Below, piece by piece: positions 53,747-64,000 of a stretch of DNA of 64,000 nucleotides (the stretch's first letter is position 1; each line of letters opens with the position of its first letter). The DNA lies in the NCBI GenBank assembly GCA_038259365.1, contig JBBSOW010000001.1:910-64909 (forward strand). The letters are read 5' to 3'. Under the pieces are notes generated by a model that saw only the letters and a program-made list of their open reading frames with translations, did no database searches and had not been told where the DNA came from. Position numbers and translations under genes: made by a program. The stretch comes from Propionibacteriales bacterium. GTDB taxonomy: Bacteria > Actinomycetota > Actinomycetes > Propionibacteriales > Propionibacteriaceae.

Positions 53747-54748
53747 ATGGACGCATTGACCTCCGCTCCGCCCACGGGCGGCTCGCCGGGACCCAGTCTC
53801 GCGGTTCAGACCTCGAACCTGCGGAAGACCTACCGCGGGACGCCCGCGGTGAACAGCCTCGACCTCGAGGTGCCCATCGCCGGTGTGCACGGTTTCCTCG
53901 GCCCCAACGGTTCCGGCAAGACCACCACCATCCGGATGCTGCTCGGCCTGATCCGGGCCGACTCCGGCACGATGCGCATCTTCGATCAGCCGGTACCCGA
54001 GGAGTTGGCCCACGTGATGAGCCGCGTCGGCGCCATCGTCGAACAACCCAAGTTCTTTCCCAACTTCGGCGGCCGCAAGAACCTCCGCATCCTCGGCCAG
54101 GCCATCGGGGCGCCAGGCTCCAAGGTTGACGAGGTGCTGGAGCAGGTCGGGCTCGCCGCGCGGGGCAAGGACGCCTTTCGCACCTACTCGCTGGGCATGA
54201 AGCAGCGCCTCGCCATCGCCGGGACGTTGCTCAAGGACCCCGACCTGCTCATCTTCGACGAGCCCACCAACGGCCTCGACCCGGCCGGCATCCACGAGAT
54301 CCGCGCGACCATGCGCGGTCTCGCCGACGCCGGCAAGGCGGTCCTCGTCTCCAGCCACATCCTCAACGAGGTCCAGCAGGTGGCCGACACCGTCACCATC
54401 ATCGGCCGCGGCCGGCTGCTCGCCCAGGGGCCGGTCTCGGAGATCTTGTCCGGTTCGAAGGAGCAGGTCGTCCTGCGGACGCGAAACCGCGACGGCGCCA
54501 AATCGGCCCTCACTCAGGCCGGTTACACCGTCGACGAACGGCCCGACCAGAGCCTGCTCGTCAGCGCGGGGCACCCGCTCGATCCCGAGCAGATCAACCG
54601 GACGCTTGGTCGACACGACATCTGGGCCGGTGAGATCCGCCTGCAGCGGATGGAGCTGGAGGCGGTGTTCCTCGAACTCACCGCCGACGACCACCTGGGG
54701 CAAGCCCAACACGGGCCCCGCCACGCGACCGGTAGGGGAGCAGCATGA
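53747..54748 (+). CDS. ABC transporter ATP-binding protein (ABC-2 exporter type)
   Basis: Walker A GPNGSGKTT, signature YSLGMKQR, Walker B LLIFDEPTNGLD. Confidence 0.9.
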   Translation: MDALTSAPPTGGSPGPSLAVQTSNLRKTYRGTPAVNSLDLEVPIAGVHGFLGPNGSGKTTTIRMLLGLIRADSGTMRIFDQPVPEELAHVMSRVGAIVEQPKFFPNFGGRKNLRILGQAIGAPGSKVDEVLEQVGLAARGKDAFRTYSLGMKQRLAIAGTLLKDPDLLIFDEPTNGLDPAGIHEIRATMRGLADAGKAVLVSSHILNEVQQVADTVTIIGRGRLLAQGPVSEILSGSKEQVVLRTRNRDGAKSALTQAGYTVDERPDQSLLVSAGHPLDPEQINRTLGRHDIWAGEIRLQRMELEAVFLELTADDHLGQAQHGPRHATGRGAA

Positions 54749-55713
54749 TCAACCTCGTCAAAGCCGAGGCCACCCGCTGGCGCAGCCGGCGCATGTTGTG
54801 GGTCTTCGCGGTCGTCACCCTGATCGCGTTCGCCGGGCTATCCACGATGGTGTTCTTCCTCTCCAAGCCGCCCTCCCCGGCCCAGATCGCCGAGGCCGAC
54901 CAGTTCTATCAACAACAGCACGACGAATGGGTCAAGGAGAGCCCGGAGATCAACGCGGATTGTCCGCAGGTCGAGCCAGGAGAGCTCGACGAATGCGGGT
55001 GGCCAGAGCCACGGCGTGCAGACTTCGTCTTCACCCAACCTGTCAAGGACCTGGTGGTGATCGTCGTCCAGGGCGGCGGAGCCATCCTTGCCCTTGTCGT
55101 CTTCATCCTGTCCGCCTCCTACATCGGCGCGGAGATGTCCTCCGGTGCCATTGCCAACTGGCTGACGTTCACCCCCTCTCGGTGGAAAGTGATGCTGTCC
55201 AAGCTGTTCGTCGCCCTGCTCGGTAGTGCGGTCTTCGCCGCCGCCTTCATGGCATTGGGGCTCGTCGCTACCGCGGTCATCGAAGGGATCAACGGATCCG
55301 GGGACGACGGGGTGAAGTGGGCTCCCGTGCTGCAACAGGGCGGACGCGTCGTGGCGCTGGCGGTGATCGCGGCCGCCATCGGGTTCGGTATTGCTCTGGT
55401 GGCGCGGCACACGGCGGCCGCGCTCGGTGCCCTAGGCGGGTTCTTCGTCTTCCGGATCATCACCAGCGCGTTCAGCCAATCGCCGAAGTTCGCGTCCGTG
55501 CCGCCATGGCTGCCCGACAACAACGCGTTGGCGTTCCTTTCCCACGACCTCACCTACTACGTGAGCCAAGTCACCACGACGCCAGACGGTGTCCAGTTCG
55601 ACTCCGTCGAACGCATTCTGAGCTTCGAGCACGGCCTGATCTACCTCTTGGTGTGCTTCGTGGTTGCGGTCTCGGTCTCATTCCTGGTCTTCCAACGCCG
55701 CGATGTCGAGTGA
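54745..55713 (+). CDS. ABC-2-type transporter permease
   Basis: ATGA overlap with the ATPase gene. One N-terminal TM helix, a large extracytoplasmic loop, then five TM helices. Confidence 0.7.
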   Translation: MINLVKAEATRWRSRRMLWVFAVVTLIAFAGLSTMVFFLSKPPSPAQIAEADQFYQQQHDEWVKESPEINADCPQVEPGELDECGWPEPRRADFVFTQPVKDLVVIVVQGGGAILALVVFILSASYIGAEMSSGAIANWLTFTPSRWKVMLSKLFVALLGSAVFAAAFMALGLVATAVIEGINGSGDDGVKWAPVLQQGGRVVALAVIAAAIGFGIALVARHTAAALGALGGFFVFRIITSAFSQSPKFASVPPWLPDNNALAFLSHDLTYYVSQVTTTPDGVQFDSVERILSFEHGLIYLLVCFVVAVSVSFLVFQRRDVE

Positions 55714-55866
55714 TCGCTACTCTCCTCACGTGGGCGACGGAGGGGTGAGTACGCCCCGCCAATCCGCCGTCCGACGTGGCGATCCGAACGCGGCTGGCGG
55801 ATTGCCTGAATTGTTGCCAGCGGGAACTCCTCGAGATTTCTGCCGATGGATCTGCGAAAATGAAGT

Positions 55867-56130
55867 TTGAGCGGGGTTCAGACCCTGTTCGCGGAGCTGT
55901 CCGACCGGCTCGCGTCTGTCGAGGTGTCGGCGCAGCTGTTCGTCGTGGGCGGGGCAGCGATGACGCTGGCCTACGACCACCACCGTCTCACCCGTGACGT
56001 GGATGCACTGTTCGTACCCGGCCCCGAGGGAGGCAGCGGCGCGCGAATCCATCGCGGGCCTTGTCGTGACGCTGAACGTGAGACGTCCCTGCTGGATCGG
56101 GTGAGCTTCTCAGGCGAGTTGAGGACGTGA
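55867..56130 (+). pseudogene. Possible remnant of a DUF6036/AbiEii-like nucleotidyltransferase gene
   Basis: TTG start. LFAELSDRLASVEVSAQLFVVGGAAMTLAYDHHRLTRDVDALFVP resembles the N-terminal nucleotidyltransferase core. Similarity stops after about 55 aa and the ORF ends early. Confidence 0.3.
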
Positions 56131-56184
56131 CTGCGGTGCGCCTGGAACTCGGGCAATGTCAGGGGCCTGCCCTACGGTGAGACC

Positions 56185-58349
<2,165 letters not shown>

Positions 58350-58353
<4 letters not shown>

Positions 58354-59534
58354 CCGACGGCCAGTCTCGATCTCAAGAGGCCGAGGGTCGTCGCGGAGAC
58401 GCCGAGCCCCCGCCCGACGTAGCCTTCGACGCTGCCGTAGGAGTTGCGCGCCTGTTCCCAAGCGGCGTCGAGATAGGAGTCCTCGACGAGATTGAAGTGC
58501 CTCCTCGCGTCGGCGTACGTTCGGCCCCTGGACGACAAATCCTTGGCGTACCGCGCGTCGATCACCGGGGCCAGGTACCGGTTCGACTTCAGGTATTCCT
58601 CCCGGATGCTCTCCTCGGTGGCGCCCACGAGGTGCTGCAGCAGGGCGACAATCCATCCGGTGCGATCCTTGCCGTCGGTGCAGTGGAGCAGCAGCGGTGC
58701 GGAGGTTCGTGCCACGACGGCGAGGACTTTGGCGATCACCGATCGGCAGACCGGTGAGGTCACGAACAACCGGTAGTTCGCCCGCATGGCCGCCCGGGCC
58801 CCCGCAGCGTCCGACCATGGGTAGCTTGGGGTCGAGGCGGTGCCGAACACGTTGAAGAGTCGATACTCGATTCCCGGGATCAAGGGGTCGGGGGTCTTTC
58901 TCGCCGTCTCGGTGGTGCGCAGATCGATGAACGAGGCGATGCCAGTAGAGGCGAGGATGAGCTTGTCGCCGCCGGTGGCGGCATAGGGGCGATTGGAGCG
59001 ATAGACCTGGCCACGCCGCATCCGTCTTGTATCCAACGCCAAGCCCGGCCCCGCGCCCGCCGCATCGCGAAAGTTCACCACTTCTGCCAGTCGGGCCGTC
59101 TGGGAGTGCGGGACGGCCTGGCCGCCGTCGACGTTGTTCCAAAACACGCAACCGGTGGTGGTGGGCTGCCGGTACGCGCGGTAGCCGCGGTTGTAGATCT
59201 CCTTCCCTACCGGCAGCCCGAGTGCCAGCGTGGATTCAGCGCTGTCGTAGGTGGCGCGGATCTTGCCCTTGATGATGCTGGACCCAAACTTGGTGGAGTG
59301 GTACATGTGGGCGTGCTCGAACCGCTGTTTGATCCCACCGGAGACCCGGTACTCATTGGTTGTCGGCTTCCCCACCACCGCAGAGTTCAGCCTCCACAGG
59401 GCGTAGATCTTGCCCTTGAGGACATGCCCGTTCAGGGTCCGGCTGGCCGCGTGGGCGCGAGCCGAGGGCAGGGCCAGGGGCGCCGCTGACGCAGCGCCCA
59501 AGGCCAGGGCGGTGAGAAAACCACGTCTGTTCAT
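58350..59534 (-). CDS. Tat-secreted tyrosine-phosphatase-family protein (Y_phosphatase3 type) with N-terminal LGFP-like repeats
   Basis: MNRRGFLTALALGAASAAPLALPSARAHA is a twin-arginine-like signal. LGFP-like repeats are present (GKIYALWRLNSAVVGKPTTNE; GKIRATYDSAESTLALGLPVGKE). The catalytic loop is HCTDGKDRTG. Its stop overlaps the recQ stop (TTAA). Confidence 0.75.
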
Positions 59535-59607
59535 CGGCCGTCCTCGGTTCTTGGAGTAATGCAGTTACGCTACGCCCGGATCGGCGTGCCCCGCACTCCC
59601 AACCAGT

Positions 59608-60522
59608 TCAGGGATCCTGGCGGATGACGTCGACCTCGACCTTGAGCTCCGAGCTGCTGGCCTCGGTGAAGATGATCCCCTTGAGCGGCGAGACGTCGCG
59701 GAAGTCGCGACCCCAACCGGTGACGAGGTAGCGCGAATCGGCCAGGTGGTTGTTGGTCGGGTCGAGATCGACCCAGCCGCCGGGCACCATGACGGCGGCC
59801 CAGGCGTGGGTGGCGGCGGAGCCCTGGAGCTTTTCCTTCCCGGGCGGGGGTTGGGTCTCGATGTAACCGCTGACGTAGCGGGCGGGCAGCCCCACCGCGC
59901 GGAAGCAGCCGACCGCGAGATGGGCGAAGTCCTGGCAGACGCCCGCCTTGAGTTCCAGGAGTTCGGGCAGGGTCGTCTTGGTCGAGGTGGCGCCCTTGGA
60001 GTAGGTGAAGCCCGAGTAGATCTCGCTCACCAGCGCCATGATTGCCTCGCCGAGCGGGCGATCCGCGGACAAGATGGTGCCGGCATAGGCGCGGATGTCG
60101 TCGTCGATCTGCACCAGCGAGGATTCCAGCAGATACCCCACGCGCTCCACCTCGTCGATCTCCTCCGAGCGGGCCAGCTCGGCCGCCGCCTCGGCCACGC
60201 TCCACCGGTCCAGCGCCGCGAGATCGACGCGCGGCCACTCGATGTCGAAGACCGAGGTCTGGACGATGTCGAGCAGCGTGTGCGGGGTGCGAAACTCCAG
60301 GTAGTAGCTGCGGTTGCCGAAGAAGTCGACGTGCTCGGCCATGATGTCGGGCTCGGGGGAGACCGAGATGTCGTTGCTCACGATCGTTTGGGACGGCGTG
60401 GGGCGCGGCTGCAGGAAGCCACGCTCGTAGCAGGTCGTGACGTCCTCGTCGTAGGTGTAGGCGGTGCGGTGGCGCATCGCGTATCGGCGCGCGCTGAAAT
60501 GACGATCCGGAGTCTCACTCAT
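59608..60522 (-). CDS. Transglutaminase-like cysteine protease family protein (Rv2569c-like)
   Basis: ATG 60522 overlaps the upstream stop (ATGA). It has the bacterial transglutaminase N-terminal domain plus a core GVCQDFAHLAVGCFRAVGLPARYVSGY. Confidence 0.8.
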   Translation of the reverse strand: MSETPDRHFSARRYAMRHRTAYTYDEDVTTCYERGFLQPRPTPSQTIVSNDISVSPEPDIMAEHVDFFGNRSYYLEFRTPHTLLDIVQTSVFDIEWPRVDLAALDRWSVAEAAAELARSEEIDEVERVGYLLESSLVQIDDDIRAYAGTILSADRPLGEAIMALVSEIYSGFTYSKGATSTKTTLPELLELKAGVCQDFAHLAVGCFRAVGLPARYVSGYIETQPPPGKEKLQGSAATHAWAAVMVPGGWVDLDPTNNHLADSRYLVTGWGRDFRDVSPLKGIIFTEASSSELKVEVDVIRQDP

Positions 60523-63101
60523 CGAGCGACCTGCCTGTTCATCTCCCAGCTCGGCACCAACGAGCGCTGTTGGGGCTTGCGGGCGAAGTGGGTGATGGTG
60601 CACCGATCGGCCAGGTCGCGGAGCCGTTCGGTCACCGAGGCGAGCATCCGCTGGAGCGGTTGGCGGCCGTCCGCGCAGAGCCTCTCGGCGTCGGCCTCGC
60701 GTAGTTCGGCGTTGAGCGGGCCCACTGCCGCGGCCAGGGTCTCGTCGCCGATGAGGCCGAGGTCCTCGACGAGCCGATCCAGCTGATAGGCGATCGAACG
60801 GGGGTTGGTGCGGTCCAACAGCAGTAGCTCCGTAGCGGATTCGGCCGGGGCGGCCGGCCCCGACCCCGACGTGGTTCGCCGCCGGTGAGTGATGACGCTC
60901 ACCCCGGTTTGCAGCACGGCCTCGGTGATCTGTCCGTCGATCACCGGGGCGCGCTCGAACGCAATGGTGGCGCTCAAGACGGCCGCGGTCTGCAGGGCTC
61001 GCTCCAGCCGGGCGCCAGCGTCGATGAAGCCCCAGCTGGGATCGCGCACCATCCCTTGGGCCATGATCCCGGCGAAGGCCATCAGGGATTCCAGGACCCG
61101 AGCGATCTGCGGCTGCAACTGGGACTCGTCGGGCCGGATGTCGGCCAGGGTCCGCTCGAGGCGGCCCAGCACGATCCAGGTGTCCAGCGAGAGCTGATCG
61201 CGGACCTGCTGGGATCCGGCCACCAGGCGGGAGATGGCGTAGGCGACGCTGCCGGGGTTATCCGCGTCCACGACGAGCTCGCGCAGCGGGGACAGCGGAT
61301 CGGCCAGCCGCTCTTCGGCGCCGGGGCCGAGGAAGCCGGGATAGCTCGTCGTGACTTGCGTGACGGCCCGCAGCAACGTGGTCATGGCCGAGTGGCCGGG
61401 GGACCCCGGACGGTTGCCGTAGTCCTCCACCAGATCGTCGGCGACGGCGACGAGCCGGGCGGTGCCCTCCGCGCGCTCGGCGTAGCGGCCCATCCAGAAC
61501 AGGTTCTCGGCGATGCGCGGTACCAGCCCAAGCCCGGTGGGCAGGCTGACCTGGGCCAGGCGTCGGCGGGAGCGGCCGACCTCGGGAACGCGTTCGACGT
61601 CGCCGACGGCCCCGGGCTGTAGAACCCAGACGTCCTTGGCCAACGCACCGCAGGAGTTGGAGATCACGTACTGATCACCGGAAGCGGCGACCCGCCCAAG
61701 GCCGCCGGGCATGAACTCGTACCCGTTATCGGTGGCGACGCCGAAGGTCCGCAGGACCAGCCGCCGGGGTGCGAGCCCGCCGGGGGTCACGGTGGGTGCT
61801 GTGGAGGTTTCCTGGGGGTCTTGTCCGCACCAGCTCAGCGGGTCGGCCCTGATCCGGCGGGCCAAGGCGTCGCGTTGGCCCGCGTCGAGTTGCCAGCCGA
61901 CGATGCCCGGTTGCCCCTCTTCTCGAGACAGCGGCTTGATCACGAGCTTGTCCAGGTGGGTCAGCACGTGGTGGCGCTGGATGGGATCCCCACACCACCA
62001 GGTTTGGGCCGACTCCAGCAGCAGGTCCTCGCCGAGCAGCTCGCGGGCCGCGGCCGAGAGGTAGGGCAGCAAGGCTGGGCTCTCGAGCACCCCGGACCCG
62101 ATCGGGTTGGTGACCGCCACCCGGTTTCGGCGAGCGGCGTCGATAAGCCCCGGTAGCCCGAGCCGGGATTCAGCGCGCAGCTCCAGCGGATCGCACCAGT
62201 CAGAATCGACGCGGCGGTAGATGACGTCGACCGGATCGAACCGGTTGGTGGCCCGTAACCAGATCCGGCCGTCCTTGGAGATGAGATCGTCGGCCTCGAC
62301 CAGGGGGACGCCCATCAGCATCGCGGTGAACGCCTGATCGAAGGCCGTCTCGGCGGCGGCGCCGGGGGAGAGCAGCACGGTGCGGGGCTGCTCCACCTCG
62401 CTGGGGGCGCTGGCCTGCAGGCTGTCGGTCACGGTGTGGAAGAAGTTGCGCAGCCGGGCCAGGTTGGACGAGCGGTGCAGCCCGGCCAACACCCGGTTGG
62501 TGATGCGTCGGTTCGCCATGGCGTAACCGGCCCCCGACGGGGCTTGGCTGCGATCCGACAGCACCCGCCACGATCCGTCCCCGCCGCGCGCCAGGTCGCT
62601 GGAGGTCAGCACCAGCTGGTGAGGCCCGGTGATGCGGATGCCGTCGGCTTGGCGAATGAAACCCGGATGCCCGAGCACGATCTCGGCCGGCACGATGCGC
62701 GCCCTCAGCAACCGTCTCGGACCGTACAGGTCGGTGAAGATGGCGTCCAACAACCGCGAGCGCTGCTCCAACCCGGCCTCGAGGCTGTGCCACTGCGGGG
62801 CGTCGATGATGACCGGCAGCGGATCGAGCGCCCACTTCCGGGCCTGCAATCCCGCCTCGGTGCTCCCGTAGGTGATGCCGTCGTCGCGGACGTAGCGCCG
62901 GGCTTCGGCGTGGGCGAGCTTCAGACCGGTGTCCCCGAGGCGTTCGATGCTCGCGGCCAGGGCGGCGCTGGCCGCCCGCGGGAGCCCATCGACGATGAGC
63001 TCGTCGACCCCCGGCGCCGCGATCTGCCCGTGGCGAGCGGACTCGAGTTCGGCACGGTAACCGTCGAGGACGGAGCTACCGAGCGCGGGGGCTACAGACA
63101 C
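60519..63101 (-). CDS. Fused circularly permuted type-2 ATP-grasp + alpha-E domain protein (Rv2567-like)
   Basis: The 1081-aa ORF was trimmed to GTG 63101, 14 nt after the upstream stop. The ATP-grasp part includes DPLPVIIDAPQWHSLEAGLEQRSRLL and VNPIGSGVLESPALLPYL. The alpha-E part includes ENLFWMGRYAERAEGTARL. Confidence 0.75.
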   Translation of the reverse strand: MSVAPALGSSVLDGYRAELESARHGQIAAPGVDELIVDGLPRAASAALAASIERLGDTGLKLAHAEARRYVRDDGITYGSTEAGLQARKWALDPLPVIIDAPQWHSLEAGLEQRSRLLDAIFTDLYGPRRLLRARIVPAEIVLGHPGFIRQADGIRITGPHQLVLTSSDLARGGDGSWRVLSDRSQAPSGAGYAMANRRITNRVLAGLHRSSNLARLRNFFHTVTDSLQASAPSEVEQPRTVLLSPGAAAETAFDQAFTAMLMGVPLVEADDLISKDGRIWLRATNRFDPVDVIYRRVDSDWCDPLELRAESRLGLPGLIDAARRNRVAVTNPIGSGVLESPALLPYLSAAARELLGEDLLLESAQTWWCGDPIQRHHVLTHLDKLVIKPLSREEGQPGIVGWQLDAGQRDALARRIRADPLSWCGQDPQETSTAPTVTPGGLAPRRLVLRTFGVATDNGYEFMPGGLGRVAASGDQYVISNSCGALAKDVWVLQPGAVGDVERVPEVGRSRRRLAQVSLPTGLGLVPRIAENLFWMGRYAERAEGTARLVAVADDLVEDYGNRPGSPGHSAMTTLLRAVTQVTTSYPGFLGPGAEERLADPLSPLRELVVDADNPGSVAYAISRLVAGSQQVRDQLSLDTWIVLGRLERTLADIRPDESQLQPQIARVLESLMAFAGIMAQGMVRDPSWGFIDAGARLERALQTAAVLSATIAFERAPVIDGQITEAVLQTGVSVITHRRRTTSGSGPAAPAESATELLLLDRTNPRSIAYQLDRLVEDLGLIGDETLAAAVGPLNAELREADAERLCADGRQPLQRMLASVTERLRDLADRCTITHFARKPQQRSLVPSWEMNRQVAR

Positions 63102-63115
63102 CGAACCGACTCTAT

Positions 63116-64000
63116 CTAGCCGCGCTCGCCGGGCAGGAATCGACGCAGGTCCAGCGTGGATGGGAATTCCTCGCCGGGGACCCCGAGCAGCGAGTTGGCC
63201 TGGGGCCAGCGGCTGAGATCCACCGGGCCGACGGTATGGCCGAGGGTGGAAAAGCGCGAGGCGCGCCGCGATTCGGCGGCCATGGCGTTCACCGGGAAGT
63301 CCTCGTAGCTGCGCCCGCCCGGGTGCACGACGTGGTAGGTGAACCCGCCGAGCGAGCGGGAGTTCCACCGGTCCACGACATCGAACACCAGCGGCGAATG
63401 CACCCCGATGGTGGGGTGCAGGGCCGAGGGGGGTGCCCAGGCACGAAAGCGCACGCCGCCCACCTGGTGGCCCGGGGAGCCACCGATGCCGTTGGGCGCC
63501 GAGCCCCAGCTTGAGCCGGCGGCGGCCCTCATCGGGATCGGCACCCCGTTGCAGGTCAGGACGTGCCGGCCCTCGATCATGCCCTCGGCCGCCACCTGGA
63601 CCCGCTCCACCGAGGAATCGACGTAGCGCGACGTGCCGCTGAGCCCGATCTCCTCGCCGAGCACGTTCCACGGCTCGATCCCCTGCCGCAGCTCGAGGTG
63701 CACCCCGGCGATGTCGGCCTCCCCGAGGCGGGGGAAGCGGAACTCCAAGAAGGGCTCGAACCAACTCTCCTCCAAGCGCGGGGCGCCGTCCCCGAGAGCC
63801 TCGACGAGGTAGCGGTTGAGGTCGGCGACGACGTCGCGCAGGTCGGCGGCGGCGTAGGAGGGCAGCAGGAACCGGTCGTGCAGCCGGGCGCCCCAGCGCA
63901 CCAGGGATCCGGTGTGGGGCTCGTCCCAGAACTTCAGCACCAGCGTCCGCACGAGCAGGGCCTGCACCAGCGACATCCGCGGATGCGGCGGCATCTCGAA
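63116..64000 (-). CDS. DUF2126/transglutaminase-family large protein (Rv2566-like), C-terminal part only
   Basis: The frame is open to the window edge, so the 5' end lies outside. Conserved-looking C-terminal region: ..RWGARLHDRFLLPSY.., GVRFRAWAPPSALHPTIG. Confidence 0.65.
   Translation of the reverse strand, partial: FEMPPHPRMSLVQALLVRTLVLKFWDEPHTGSLVRWGARLHDRFLLPSYAAADLRDVVADLNRYLVEALGDGAPRLEESWFEPFLEFRFPRLGEADIAGVHLELRQGIEPWNVLGEEIGLSGTSRYVDSSVERVQVAAEGMIEGRHVLTCNGVPIPMRAAAGSSWGSAPNGIGGSPGHQVGGVRFRAWAPPSALHPTIGVHSPLVFDVVDRWNSRSLGGFTYHVVHPGGRSYEDFPVNAMAAESRRASRFSTLGHTVGPVDLSRWPQANSLLGVPGEEFPSTLDLRRFLPGERG

Overview
High-GC actinobacterial chromosomal segment, densely coding, with about 50 genes on both strands. 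I saw no rRNA, tRNA, CRISPR array, transposase or phage genes.

Gene content, left to right:
- Cell-envelope genes: a CHRD protein, a lipoprotein and an LGFP-M15 peptidase.
- An Hsp20 gene whose promoter carries a near-perfect CIRCE and a HAIR-like repeat.
- A 1835-aa single-chain BC-BCCP-CT acyl-CoA carboxylase.
- An ExeM/NucH nuclease and a pullulanase.
- A GT-C-like membrane protein, a DUF4397 protein and a class F sortase in one same-strand run.
- DinB, an S33 hydrolase, a GATase1, a GH32/68-like enzyme and a GH3 beta-glucosidase.
- A CPBP protease followed by a LigD-like protein whose ligase module looks catalytically dead.
- An SDR, a methyltransferase, and a LarA-like gene divergent from uxaC plus a mannonate-type oxidoreductase.
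- A DUF559 gene.
- A complete homoprotocatechuate meta-cleavage module: hpaI, hpaH, hpaD, hpaE, a GntR regulator and an FAH-RraA fusion. It also carries an MHS transporter, a PHOX-type flavin monooxygenase, a ThDP enzyme, gabD and others.
- An alpha/beta hydrolase, an ABC-2 exporter, a RecQ-like helicase and a secreted LGFP tyrosine phosphatase.
- An Rv2566-2569-like module: DUF2126, circularly permuted ATP-grasp/alpha-E, and transglutaminase.

The most unusual sequence-level signal is two inverted copies of a ~100-bp element with terminal inverted repeats (35914..36018 and 52613..52707). They bracket the 16.6-kb hpa module and rewrite the 3' ends of four flanking genes.

Limits: start codons were chosen by eye from RBS, signal peptide and family N-termini. 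All family calls rest on motifs I recognised, not on searches. The many long antisense ORFs in the six-frame track are high-GC artefacts.
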